A DNA stretch of 20,000 nt from Proteromonas lacertae (lineage: Eukaryota): contig NGBS01001166.1 in NCBI GenBank assembly GCA_002245135.1, positions 230,222-250,221 of the forward strand, read 5' to 3'. Position 1 is the stretch's first letter. Every line of letters starts with the position of its first letter. This document shows positions 10,752-20,000 of this stretch, one piece after another. Position numbers and translations under genes: made by a program. The notes below the pieces were generated by a model. That model worked only from the letters and a program-made list of their open reading frames with translations, did no database searches and was not told the origin of the DNA.

Positions 10752-11060
10752 ATGGATAATCTAATTAAAGAAGAAGCAGAAAATGGTTTTGATTCTTTAT
10801 ATGAAATGTGTAATGTATATCTCAATAAGAATGATGATGGGAGCAATGACTATCAAACATCAATTAAAATAGCATGTGAGATTATATTAAAATTAAAAGA
10901 ATTAAATGAAGAATATCATTTAGGATTAGATGATATGGTATTACATCAAATAGGAAGATTAGAAGGGAAAAAAATAGCAAGTCAATATTTACAAAAAGAA
11001 TTAGAAAAACAATTAAATGAAATAATACCAAGTTTAAACAATATGTTAAAAATCAAATAA
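10752..11060 (+). CDS. Hypothetical protein (102 aa, helical), Polinton accessory ORF
   Basis: Clean ATG-TAA intronless ORF with protein-like composition; no motif recognised. Confidence 0.6.
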   Translation: MDNLIKEEAENGFDSLYEMCNVYLNKNDDGSNDYQTSIKIACEIILKLKELNEEYHLGLDDMVLHQIGRLEGKKIASQYLQKELEKQLNEIIPSLNNMLKIK

Positions 11061-11068
11061 AAAATTAA

Positions 11069-11542
11069 TTAGTCTTTATCATCTTCCAATCTGTTTTTAA
11101 AAATATAATATATAGAATTTAATTCTGAATTTGTATCGATTAAATAGAGATAATGATTTTTTATATATCTAAAATTTTTAATAGTATTTGCATTCAAATT
11201 GAAATCTTCTTCAGAAATATATGCAAAATCTTCTACATAGAAAGTGTCCAGTTTATTAATTAATTTTTCTAAGTCTTCTATAATATCCAGTCTATAAGAT
11301 GTTAATTCAGATTTGTTAAATGTGGTTGCTATTTTACTTCTGTTATATTTCAATTCGATATTTTGTATGAAAGTTACAAAAGACTTTATTTTATCTCTTA
11401 GATCTGTTTTATCTTTACTACTAAAATTTTCACTTAGATTTAATTTATAGACCCTTCTACTTATATCATTTAAACTACTAATATAATTTTTAAGTACATC
11501 AAAGAATACATAGAATTCATATACTCTAGCAAAATTACTCAT
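11069..11542 (-). CDS. Hypothetical protein (157 aa), Polinton accessory ORF
   Basis: Clean intronless ORF converging on the previous ORF with an 8-nt gap; no motif recognised. Confidence 0.65.
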   Translation of the reverse strand: MSNFARVYEFYVFFDVLKNYISSLNDISRRVYKLNLSENFSSKDKTDLRDKIKSFVTFIQNIELKYNRSKIATTFNKSELTSYRLDIIEDLEKLINKLDTFYVEDFAYISEEDFNLNANTIKNFRYIKNHYLYLIDTNSELNSIYYIFKNRLEDDKD

Positions 11543-11775
11543 ATTTTTTGGTATAAATTAATTAATTAATTAGATATACTACTAATAGAAATTGTTCTTC
11601 CAATTCAAATCTGATCCAAAGAATATAATATAATTCAAGTAAAAGAAAGAAATATAAAGCAATAATATAAAATAATAAATATAAGTCGTAAAAGAATTGA
11701 TATATAACTTTTAGAAATTTCTAAAAGAATAAAAATAATAATAAAAATATAAAAAATTAATTTTTAATTTTCTAG

Positions 11776-14700
11776 ATGAACCCTTTCATCCCTCCTTATT
11801 ATTATTATTCAAACTTTAATTATTATAGTCCACCACCATTTGGAGCACCTTATATTCCTCCTCCACAAAATTATGGATTTAATCCCATGCCCATGCCATA
11901 TCCAGGTATGGCACCTCCTAATATGTATGAACCACCTCCACCTATTCAAAATATTCCAGTAGTTAGAAATTATGTTCCACCAAGAAATCTAGTTACAAAT
12001 ACAAATCCTGGTTTCAATTATTATCCTGGAAATATAGGAGTAGATTCAACACCTCAAATTAATATTCCTGAACCAGGATTTGTAACACCACCTCCCAAGA
12101 GAAGATTAGATTTCGAAAACATAAGTCCTCCAAAAATACAAAGAAAAGGAGGTATGCAGGTTCAAATGCCTAATCCAAATCCTAATCCAAATCAACCTGT
12201 TGTTGTTGTTAATCAACCTCCACCAAATGCACAACAGCGTAATAGAGTAGCTGATTTAAATTTATCTTATCAAGAAGAAAGAGATTTAAGAGAAGCAAGT
12301 GATATATTAGAAAATCATCCTACTAAATTATTAAAATTACCATATGAAAAGAGATTATATTATATGGACTTAATTCAGAGAAGTACAGATAATTATAGTA
12401 GAACATATCAAATTAACTTTTTAAATGATGTAAATGGTAAAGATCCAGATGCTGTTGTTGAAATTATAACTGATCCTAGTAGCCCATTAATTACTAAAAT
12501 AAGAGAATATTTAGAAGATGTTAAATATATAAAAGTAACATTAAGTTTTAGAAGTGGTTATATAGGAGCAGACGATCCAGATTATAATAATCCAAATGGT
12601 AATAAAATTACAAATTGGGTATTCTTAGAATGTAGACCTGTAGTTATTACAGAATCAGAAATGAATGTTGCACATAAAATATTAAAAGATAGAATAAGAA
12701 CAGAAATGGGACCTTTATGGCATACTGAAAAATCAAGTTTAAAATTTAGACATGTTGGTGAAGTTGAAGTTCAATTAGTCAAAGCAACTGCTATGGCAGG
12801 TAGTGGTAAAAATAAAGAACTTCCAGATTGGATTAGAAATAGAAAATGTGTTATATCAATAGATAATAATAAAGAAAATGATCAATTATGTTTTCTATAT
12901 GCTATAGCAGCAGCATTTTTTCATGGTAATAATAATAATAAGAATTTAAATAGAGTAGAACAATATAAAGAATATATTAGAGTTAACTACAATTATAGTA
13001 TGTTATATTTCCCAGTAGATCCTATAAAACATAAAAAACAAATTCATGAATTTGAAACAATAAATCATATAACATTAAATATATTCAAAATAACAGATAA
13101 AGAAGTAGTTCCAATATATGTAACACATATAGATAAGTTCAATAATTATCCACATGTGAATTTATTATATAATGATAAACATTATTCTACTATTACAAAA
13201 TTAAATGTAATATTAATACCTAAAGGAAAGAAGTGTAAAAATGGTTATCCTAGATGTAATTATTGTTTTGCTTTATTATCAACAGATGAAAAAAGAATAC
13301 AACATGAAAAATATAATTGTCAACAACATAAAGGTATTATAAGAAATTTCCCTGAGAAAAATATTCAATTAGAATTTAAGAACTTTAAATATATGCAACT
13401 AATACCTATAGTAATATATTGGGATACTGAAGTTTATCAGGAGAAAGTAACAGATCCAATTTTAAATGAGAAAGGTATTTTATCAAAGCATATATTATCC
13501 AGTTGGTGTTTATATGTTGTATCAAAATATCCTAATATATATCCTAATAAAATTGAGTATGATTTTAAAACACCTAAAGATAATGAAACAGATTTAGAGG
13601 ATAGATTAATAGCTAAATTTATGGAAATACAAAAAGAAATATTAGATTTATATGAAGAAAAATTAAAAAATCCTGAAAAAATGATAGGATATAATAGAGA
13701 AGATCCTAAAAATAAATTGAATTATTGCATATACTGTAAAGAACCATTTGATTATAGGAATAAGAATAAGAAACCTGTTTTACACCACGACCACTTTAGT
13801 GGACAATATATAGGTAGAATATGTAATAATTGCAACTTCCATGTATGTTTAAATAATATGCCAATCCCTTGTATTGCTCATAATTCCAAAAATTATGACA
13901 ATAATTTCATTATTAGAGGATTGTCCAGATGGGATAATAAGTTAAGAGATGAATTTTGTAAAGAAAATAATATTGATCCTAATGTAAATTATGCTTCAGA
14001 TACTGAATCTGATAGTGATACTGAAGAAGAAGATAATACTAGTTATACTAATTCTATTCCTGTTCCACATCAAGATAGTGATACATTTACTCCATTACCT
14101 CCTTATACTAATGGCTTTATAACAGCAAATAAAATAAAAGATTATGTGAAAAATTTAAGAAAAGAAAAACAAGAAGAAAAAGATGATAATAATAATTTCA
14201 GTATGAGTCCATTACATGATTCTTTAAGTGATATGGAAACTCAAGAAGCTGAAAGTGAAGTAATCCAAATTAATAATGAAGAAGTTAATGCATTGTTAGA
14301 ATTAGAAGAAATGTTAAGAAGAGATAGTCCTAGAAATGCAGAAGATGTTATAGATGAAATAGATGAACAATCTGCTTATAGAATTATTAAATGTAAAGAT
14401 GGTAAAATAAGAAAATATAAAAACAAAAAACAATATAAATCACAATTATCAGTATTACCCAAAACAGATAATAAATTTTTATTAATAAAGTTCAACAAAT
14501 TATACTTTATGGACTCTTATCAATTCTTACCAAGTTCTTTAGATTCTTTAACAAAGTCATTATATACTCAAGCAAAAAGAGATAATGGAAATTATCAAAA
14601 ATATTTCAGTTATGTATATGAAGATATTTATAAAAAATATTCTGCTCCTGGTAAATTGGATCATGATATGAATATTGATGCTTTTATCCATAAATGGTGT

Positions 14701-16692
14701 TTATCTAAAGGATATTTTCCATATGAATATGTAGATTCATTATCTAAATATTTTAATACTTTTGAACTACCTCCTAAAGAAGCATTCTATTCAAAGTTAA
14801 AAGATGATAATACTGTAACAGATGTTGAATATGCTAGTTGTCAGGCTTTATGGAAAGTTATTAGATGTGATAACTTAATGGATTACAATTTATTTTATCT
14901 CAGATTAGATGTTCTTACATTAACATGTGTATTTGAACATTTTAGAGATGTTATATGGAATAATTTTACTTTAGATCCATTATGGCATTGTAGTTCACCT
15001 GGTTTATCTTGGAGTATATTCCTTAAAAATTGTGATGTAAAAATTGATTTAATAAGTGACTCTGATATTTATGACTTTATACATTCTGGATTAATAGGTG
15101 GGATTTCTATGGTTGGTAGTATGAGATATGCAGAGTCTTGGAATCATTATCAACCTCAATGGCAAGAGAAAAATAAAAAGGAAGTACAGGATCCAGATAA
15201 TCAAACATATATTATGTATATGGATTATAATTCTTTATATCCAAGTACTATGGCTAGCATGAAGTTACCATATAGTGAATTTGAATGGATTGAACCAACT
15301 ACTGAAAATGTAAAGAAAATATTATCATTACATTACTATGAAGAACAAAGAGAAAAATATTACAATACAGAATGGATTAATAAAAATATGTATGGATATA
15401 TTCTAGAAGTAGATATTTCTCCTCCTAGTAATAGTAATGAAAGAAAAAAATTTGCTGAATATCCTTTGTTACCTGAAAGAAAAATAGTTGACTATGATAA
15501 TTTATCTGAAATACAAAAGAAATGGGCAGAGTCTTTAGGATTAGTTTCAGAAGTTAAAAATAATATTGATAAAACATATAAAGTTAAAAAGTTAAAGTCA
15601 AATGTTCCTAAAATAGTATGTGATTTAACAACAAAATACAACTATGTTGTTCACTATCAATATTTGAAATTTGCATGTGAAATGGGTTATGTTATACATC
15701 ATATTCATAGAATTATCAGATTTAAAGAGTCTAATTATGCACATAACTTTGTAATGATGAATCATAACTTAAGAAGACAAGCTAAATTAGAAGGAAGGGA
15801 TGCCGATGCTGATACTTTTAAGCTTATTCTAAATAGCGCTTATGGAAAGACATGTGAAAATACTGAGAATAGATGTACCTCCAAATTGGTTAATAATGAA
15901 GAAGACTTTTTACAGTGTACTTCCAATCCATTTTATAGAAGTTTTATTGCTATAGATAATAGTAACTTACGTATATGCAAATTTCAAAAATATAAATGCA
16001 CTATTGATAAACCATCTTATATTGGTATGAGTATATTATGTGAATCTAAAAGGTTAATGGCTCAGTTCTGGTATGGACATTTATATAGGAAATATGGGAG
16101 TAGTTTAAGATTATTGATGAGTGATACTGATAGTTTCATATTTATGGTTCAAACTAGAGATTTCTATATGGATATTATGAACGATCCACATTTTGAAAAG
16201 AAAGTTGATACTGGTAATCTTAATAAACAATACTTAATAACTAGAGGTATACACTATTCAAATGTTAATCAAAGTTCAGAACTTAACTTATTAAAAATAG
16301 AAGAAAATAAGAATGGTTTATACTCTATTACTAGATTTGCAGGATTAAAACCTAAAATGTATGCCTATGAAAAAGTAAGAGTAGACGATGATATACATTG
16401 TGTTACACATGATAGTAGAGCTAAAGGAGTTACAACTGGATATAGAATTAAAACTTGTGATTTTGACTTTTATAGAAAAATATTAACAGATGCTGAAGAT
16501 GAAAAGTCTTACAGAGTAGATAAAATCAAACAATATAGTTTCAGAAGTGTTAACCAAACTTTATATACTATGGAACAAAATAAGTTGGCTTTTAGCATAT
16601 TTGATTCTAAAAGGTATTATTTAGATGTTTATCATAGTATTCCTTTTAATGATTATTATCCACCTATTATTAATAACACTACTAATGTTTGA
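11776..16692 (+). CDS. polB: Protein-primed family B DNA polymerase (pPolB) polyprotein with OTU-like module, Zn finger and endonuclease VII/HNH-like Zn insert
   Basis: ExoI IYWDTE, ExoII HNSKNYD, MDSYQFLPSSL, KGYFPYEY, ExoIII YLRLDV, motif A MDYNSLYPS, motif B KLILNSAYGK, motif C SDTDS, KMYA, KGV. N-terminal LCFLYA...KHY; CNYC..H...C; CIYC..HHDHFSG..CNNCN. Confidence 0.95.
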   Translation: MNPFIPPYYYYSNFNYYSPPPFGAPYIPPPQNYGFNPMPMPYPGMAPPNMYEPPPPIQNIPVVRNYVPPRNLVTNTNPGFNYYPGNIGVDSTPQINIPEPGFVTPPPKRRLDFENISPPKIQRKGGMQVQMPNPNPNPNQPVVVVNQPPPNAQQRNRVADLNLSYQEERDLREASDILENHPTKLLKLPYEKRLYYMDLIQRSTDNYSRTYQINFLNDVNGKDPDAVVEIITDPSSPLITKIREYLEDVKYIKVTLSFRSGYIGADDPDYNNPNGNKITNWVFLECRPVVITESEMNVAHKILKDRIRTEMGPLWHTEKSSLKFRHVGEVEVQLVKATAMAGSGKNKELPDWIRNRKCVISIDNNKENDQLCFLYAIAAAFFHGNNNNKNLNRVEQYKEYIRVNYNYSMLYFPVDPIKHKKQIHEFETINHITLNIFKITDKEVVPIYVTHIDKFNNYPHVNLLYNDKHYSTITKLNVILIPKGKKCKNGYPRCNYCFALLSTDEKRIQHEKYNCQQHKGIIRNFPEKNIQLEFKNFKYMQLIPIVIYWDTEVYQEKVTDPILNEKGILSKHILSSWCLYVVSKYPNIYPNKIEYDFKTPKDNETDLEDRLIAKFMEIQKEILDLYEEKLKNPEKMIGYNREDPKNKLNYCIYCKEPFDYRNKNKKPVLHHDHFSGQYIGRICNNCNFHVCLNNMPIPCIAHNSKNYDNNFIIRGLSRWDNKLRDEFCKENNIDPNVNYASDTESDSDTEEEDNTSYTNSIPVPHQDSDTFTPLPPYTNGFITANKIKDYVKNLRKEKQEEKDDNNNFSMSPLHDSLSDMETQEAESEVIQINNEEVNALLELEEMLRRDSPRNAEDVIDEIDEQSAYRIIKCKDGKIRKYKNKKQYKSQLSVLPKTDNKFLLIKFNKLYFMDSYQFLPSSLDSLTKSLYTQAKRDNGNYQKYFSYVYEDIYKKYSAPGKLDHDMNIDAFIHKWCLSKGYFPYEYVDSLSKYFNTFELPPKEAFYSKLKDDNTVTDVEYASCQALWKVIRCDNLMDYNLFYLRLDVLTLTCVFEHFRDVIWNNFTLDPLWHCSSPGLSWSIFLKNCDVKIDLISDSDIYDFIHSGLIGGISMVGSMRYAESWNHYQPQWQEKNKKEVQDPDNQTYIMYMDYNSLYPSTMASMKLPYSEFEWIEPTTENVKKILSLHYYEEQREKYYNTEWINKNMYGYILEVDISPPSNSNERKKFAEYPLLPERKIVDYDNLSEIQKKWAESLGLVSEVKNNIDKTYKVKKLKSNVPKIVCDLTTKYNYVVHYQYLKFACEMGYVIHHIHRIIRFKESNYAHNFVMMNHNLRRQAKLEGRDADADTFKLILNSAYGKTCENTENRCTSKLVNNEEDFLQCTSNPFYRSFIAIDNSNLRICKFQKYKCTIDKPSYIGMSILCESKRLMAQFWYGHLYRKYGSSLRLLMSDTDSFIFMVQTRDFYMDIMNDPHFEKKVDTGNLNKQYLITRGIHYSNVNQSSELNLLKIEENKNGLYSITRFAGLKPKMYAYEKVRVDDDIHCVTHDSRAKGVTTGYRIKTCDFDFYRKILTDAEDEKSYRVDKIKQYSFRSVNQTLYTMEQNKLAFSIFDSKRYYLDVYHSIPFNDYYPPIINNTTNV

Positions 16693-16776
16693 AACTTTTA
16701 TATTTCTTTTTATTATTATATTTTTATATTATTATTATTTCTTTTGTTTTCTTTATATTATAAAAAATAAAAAATA

Positions 16777-18144
16777 ATGTATTTCGGATGGGATCCTGCT
16801 AAAGCATTTTTTAATACTATGAATGATGTAGGTAACTTAATGGATAAAAATATACAACATTTACCTAAACAACCTAAATATCCTGAATCATTGCAATATT
16901 ATATGAATTATGGTAGAGATGGTATACCTAGAGAACCTCCTACTACTGACTATAAATTATATCCTAATCCTGAATATTCTCAATATCAAAATCGTTTACA
17001 ACAACTATATAATAAATATCATTATTTAAGTGATAGAGATTTTATTAAAATGGTAATGAATCCTGCAGATAATAATGAAGTACCACCACCTATAGATGCT
17101 ATAAAAGAATTTTTAGCTAGACAACCTGGTCATCAAATAGTAGACTTTCAGTATAAAAAGGATAATCCTTTCGTTAGTATTAAAAAGCCTGGTTGGTTCC
17201 AGATGGATATAGTTTATTTTTTACCTGAAACACATCATCTGTATTTTATTGAAACTAACTCTCGAAAAGTATGGGTAGTACCTTTGAAAAGAGAAGATGG
17301 AAATACTTGTTTAAATGCTTTCTTTTCTTGGTATTATAAAGAAGATCAAGAAGCTTTTTTAAATCCAAACTATCAACCTAATATAGTAGCTAAAAGAAGA
17401 GTTATTAGTATATTAAGTGATCAAGATGATAGTTTTAATAAAATAAAAGAATTTTGTGATACAGAAGGTATAAATACTTATCAAAAAAATCCTTCAGAAC
17501 ATAGAATAATGAGTGTATTAGATAGAAGTGTATCTATGGTTAAAAAACTATTATATAAACATCTTGTTGAAATAGACTTTCCTGATCCCTTTCGTTATAG
17601 AAATCAAACTCATGCTAAAAGCTTTCCACCTAGTGCATATATGAATCAGTGGCTTACTAACTTTAATCATGAAGTATATAAAGTAGTACAAGACTATAAT
17701 AATAAACCTCATCCTGCATTAAAAGGATATACTCCTAATGAAGTATATCATTCTGAATTACTACAGAAAAGAGTATTAGTTGAAAGCATAAATAAAAATG
17801 TAGATAATGAATTTAAACTAGAAGATAAACAACGATTTAAAGTAGGCGACTATGTTAGATTTAAAGAAAGAAGAAGACAATTAGATAAAATAACTACTTG
17901 GAGTGATGATGTTTATATGATTATAAATAAGTTTAGATTTTCATATCAAATAGGTGATACTAATGGTAACTTTGTACCTAATGTTAGTAATCAGAGGTTT
18001 AAGCATTATGAATTAGAATTAGTAGAAAGAGCGCAAGATAGAAATGCTTATTTTAGAGCGTATCAAGCAAACAGAAGATTTTATAATCAACATTTTAGAA
18101 AAACATTAAAAAGACCAGGACTCAAAAGAAAGGGAATAGTATAA
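16777..18144 (+). CDS. int: Retroviral-like (rve/c-integrase) integrase of Polinton type
   Basis: WFQMDIVY, ILSDQDDSF, VLDRSVSMVKK, YNNKPHPALKGYTPNEV, C-terminal SH3-like FKVGDYVRFK..WSDDVY..ELELV. Confidence 0.92.
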   Translation: MYFGWDPAKAFFNTMNDVGNLMDKNIQHLPKQPKYPESLQYYMNYGRDGIPREPPTTDYKLYPNPEYSQYQNRLQQLYNKYHYLSDRDFIKMVMNPADNNEVPPPIDAIKEFLARQPGHQIVDFQYKKDNPFVSIKKPGWFQMDIVYFLPETHHLYFIETNSRKVWVVPLKREDGNTCLNAFFSWYYKEDQEAFLNPNYQPNIVAKRRVISILSDQDDSFNKIKEFCDTEGINTYQKNPSEHRIMSVLDRSVSMVKKLLYKHLVEIDFPDPFRYRNQTHAKSFPPSAYMNQWLTNFNHEVYKVVQDYNNKPHPALKGYTPNEVYHSELLQKRVLVESINKNVDNEFKLEDKQRFKVGDYVRFKERRRQLDKITTWSDDVYMIINKFRFSYQIGDTNGNFVPNVSNQRFKHYELELVERAQDRNAYFRAYQANRRFYNQHFRKTLKRPGLKRKGIV

Positions 18145-18154
18145 TATATATTCC

Positions 18155-18176
18155 ATTAATTAATTAATTAATTAAT
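18155..18176. repeat. Self-complementary (TAAT)n tract between convergent genes; candidate bidirectional 3'-end signal
   Basis: ATTAATTAATTAATTAATTAAT is a perfect 22-bp palindrome between the integrase stop (18144) and the minus-strand stop (18180-18182). Confidence 0.55.
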
Positions 18177-18179
18177 TAT

Positions 18180-19427
18180 TTAAAGTTCTGATATTTCAAT
18201 AAGTGCTCTGCTATTTACAGGCACTTTTGATAAATTATTTCCTTCTTCTGGAGGAGGAGGAGGTTCTTCTTGTTTAATTTTGGGTTTTGGAGTTTCTTTT
18301 TTTTCTTTAATAATATGGTGTTCTTTTGAAACTCTTCTTCTTTTGTTATATTTTCTATCTTCTTCATAATCACTATCATGATCACTATTATCACTACTAC
18401 TACTACTACTACTATCACTACTAGAACTATCATTTTTCTATATCAACATCTTCATGAGGGAATTTCTGGATATTTGAATGTAGACCATCTATATATATTT
18501 AATTTCTGTTTTCTTTAGAAAATACCACTTTTCATTATTTGATTTAGCATCTTCCTGAAAATTTTTGAAAAATCACCTGTAAATTGGAATATGTAATGTG
18601 CTGAATTTGGCAAATATTTTTATATTACTATTAACATATTTTATTTCATCACAATTAGTTACAGCTATTGTTACTATATTATTTTCTAAAAATTGATTTT
18701 GAAATTCTATATTATTATGTAAATTCATTATATAAGTTGTTGGTAAATATTTCATATAATCATATAAATCAAATTGAAAATCATTAATTAATACATTGTT
18801 ATTTGAATTAAATTTTATCTGGATTTTAGATGAAGTAAAAATTATTTTGTATTTATTTATTAAATTCCTATATTGATAAAAAAAGTATTATCATCCAAAA
18901 TTTTATTAAGAGGAATAGTATTTTTGCAGAATAATGAATTAATTTTACTTCGTGTATTTGTTTTACGATTTTTTGCATCCATATACTTATCTTTTAAATA
19001 AATAAAAATTTCTTGATTTGCAACAAAGGATAAACTATAATATTCTGGATTGTCATCACATATATAAAATTTAGTATATTTACTTTATTTTTGTAATCAC
19101 AACTATATTTGATAGTTGTCCATATATAATTAATATTATTTTTGAGATTATTATTATGTTCCTTAATATATAATTTGATAGGATTATGAATAAACAAAAT
19201 TTGAAATATCTTTCATCCATAATATAAAAAGGAATTTCACAAGACCATGTATAAAAATGTTGACCTCTATTCATATTAGTAACTATTTTTAAACACATAA
19301 AAGTGTTGAATAAGAAAATCCAATTTCGATACCCAGTCCAACTGTGGGTATCTTCATATGCAATATAATAATTGCCTTCCATGTATTTTTTGACACAGGA
19401 ATAATCAACACCAATATTTCCAGACAT
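18180..19427 (-). pseudogene. Single ~410-codon hypothetical ORF broken by several frameshifts/stops; Ser/Asp-rich, basic and poly-Pro C-terminus
   Basis: Fragments 19427-19198, 19197-~19070, ~19070-18880 (FYICDDNPEYYSL...KYMDAKNRK), ~18878-18573 and 18437-18180 (NDSSSSDSSSSSSDNSDHDSDYEEDRKYNKRRRV...EEPPPPPEE) can be chained; the first three joins each need one extra base in a homopolymer run. Confidence 0.55.
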
Positions 19428-19583
19428 TTTAACTAATTATAATTAAAAAATTATGTAAGTGTTTGCTATTATTATATAAAATAATACAACTAATAAAAAC
19501 AACAAAAATATTTAAAACAAATACAGAAATAAAGAATAATATTTTTATGAATATCAGTAAATATAAAAAATATTTATATATAT

Positions 19584-20000
19584 TTATATAATATATTTAT
19601 ATTTTTTGAAAGACTTTTTAAATAATTCAATTTGTTTTTCACCAGTCTGAGTATTAAAATTAGTGCTTTGCTTAAAACTTTTATTTTTCTTTAATATATT
19701 TTCTAAAAATTTTATAGCAAAAAATCCACAATTTGATGTTGTGGACTTTTGATTTTGAATAGCATTAACTTTTAACTCATATTCTTTATTTTTGTTTCTT
19801 TTGAATTTTTTAATAGTATTTTTAAATGTTTCAAAATTCTTTGGATTTTCTCCAAAAGAATCATAGTATAAAAAATTGTTATGAACATTATCAATCACAA
19901 GAGATACCCAATGACCTATTTCATCAGGTTTTGCAGATGTATTTAAAGTGTTAATTATTATTCCCCATCTATTTTTAGATGTATTTATTGGGAGGACTAA
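19584..20000 (-). CDS. pro: Adenain-like (clan CE) cysteine protease, virion maturation protease; 5'-partial
   Basis: Frame open to the window edge: WGIIINT...IGHWVSL...YYDSFG...IQNQKSTTSNCGFFAIKFL, containing the His, Asp, Gln and Cys catalytic residues. Confidence 0.9.
   Translation of the reverse strand, partial: LVLPINTSKNRWGIIINTLNTSAKPDEIGHWVSLVIDNVHNNFLYYDSFGENPKNFETFKNTIKKFKRNKNKEYELKVNAIQNQKSTTSNCGFFAIKFLENILKKNKSFKQSTNFNTQTGEKQIELFKKSFKKYKYII

Larger units (their letters stand above)
10600..20000. mobile_element. Polinton/Maverick-type element (endogenous polintovirus), left arm; continues beyond the window
   Basis: Intronless, tightly packed ORFs with pPolB, rve integrase and adenain-like protease (three Polinton hallmark genes). 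Abrupt junction with a host exon at AGTAATAATAATAGT. Capsid and ATPase genes and the right TIR are not in the window. Confidence 0.92.

Noticed and set aside
13726..14445. Intein or homing endonuclease in pPolB
   Set aside because: No Cys/Ser start with a His-Asn-(C/S/T) end. The HNH-like module is a known integral insert and the rest is low complexity.
18215..18433. 72-aa poly-Val 'membrane protein' ORF
   Set aside because: Alternative frame of the (AGT)n Ser/Asp tract in the fragmented gene.

Overview
Very AT-rich eukaryotic (protist-like) DNA with tiny introns. Left half, two convergent host genes: (+) <1-7248, a giant receptor with at least five tandem bacterial-type UrtA/AmiC-like periplasmic-binding domains (plus the tail of a sixth) ahead of a class C (GABA-B-like) 7TM domain. 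Its frame can only be completed by four short AT-initiated introns with minor-spliceosome (U12) signatures (2 AT-AC, 1 AT-AT, 1 probable AT-AA), besides five GT-AG introns. (-) 7303-10599, a pseudokinase plus RNI-like LRR gene. Each host gene carries one unexplained frameshift. Right half (10600 to >20000): left arm of a Polinton/Maverick-type element that appears inserted in a coding exon of the kinase-LRR gene. It has an AGT-starting structured terminus, two small ORFs, an intact 1638-aa protein-primed PolB, an intact rve integrase, a multiply frameshifted ORF and an adenain-like protease. The intron sizes suggest a Blastocystis-like host (inference only). All exon models were derived by hand.
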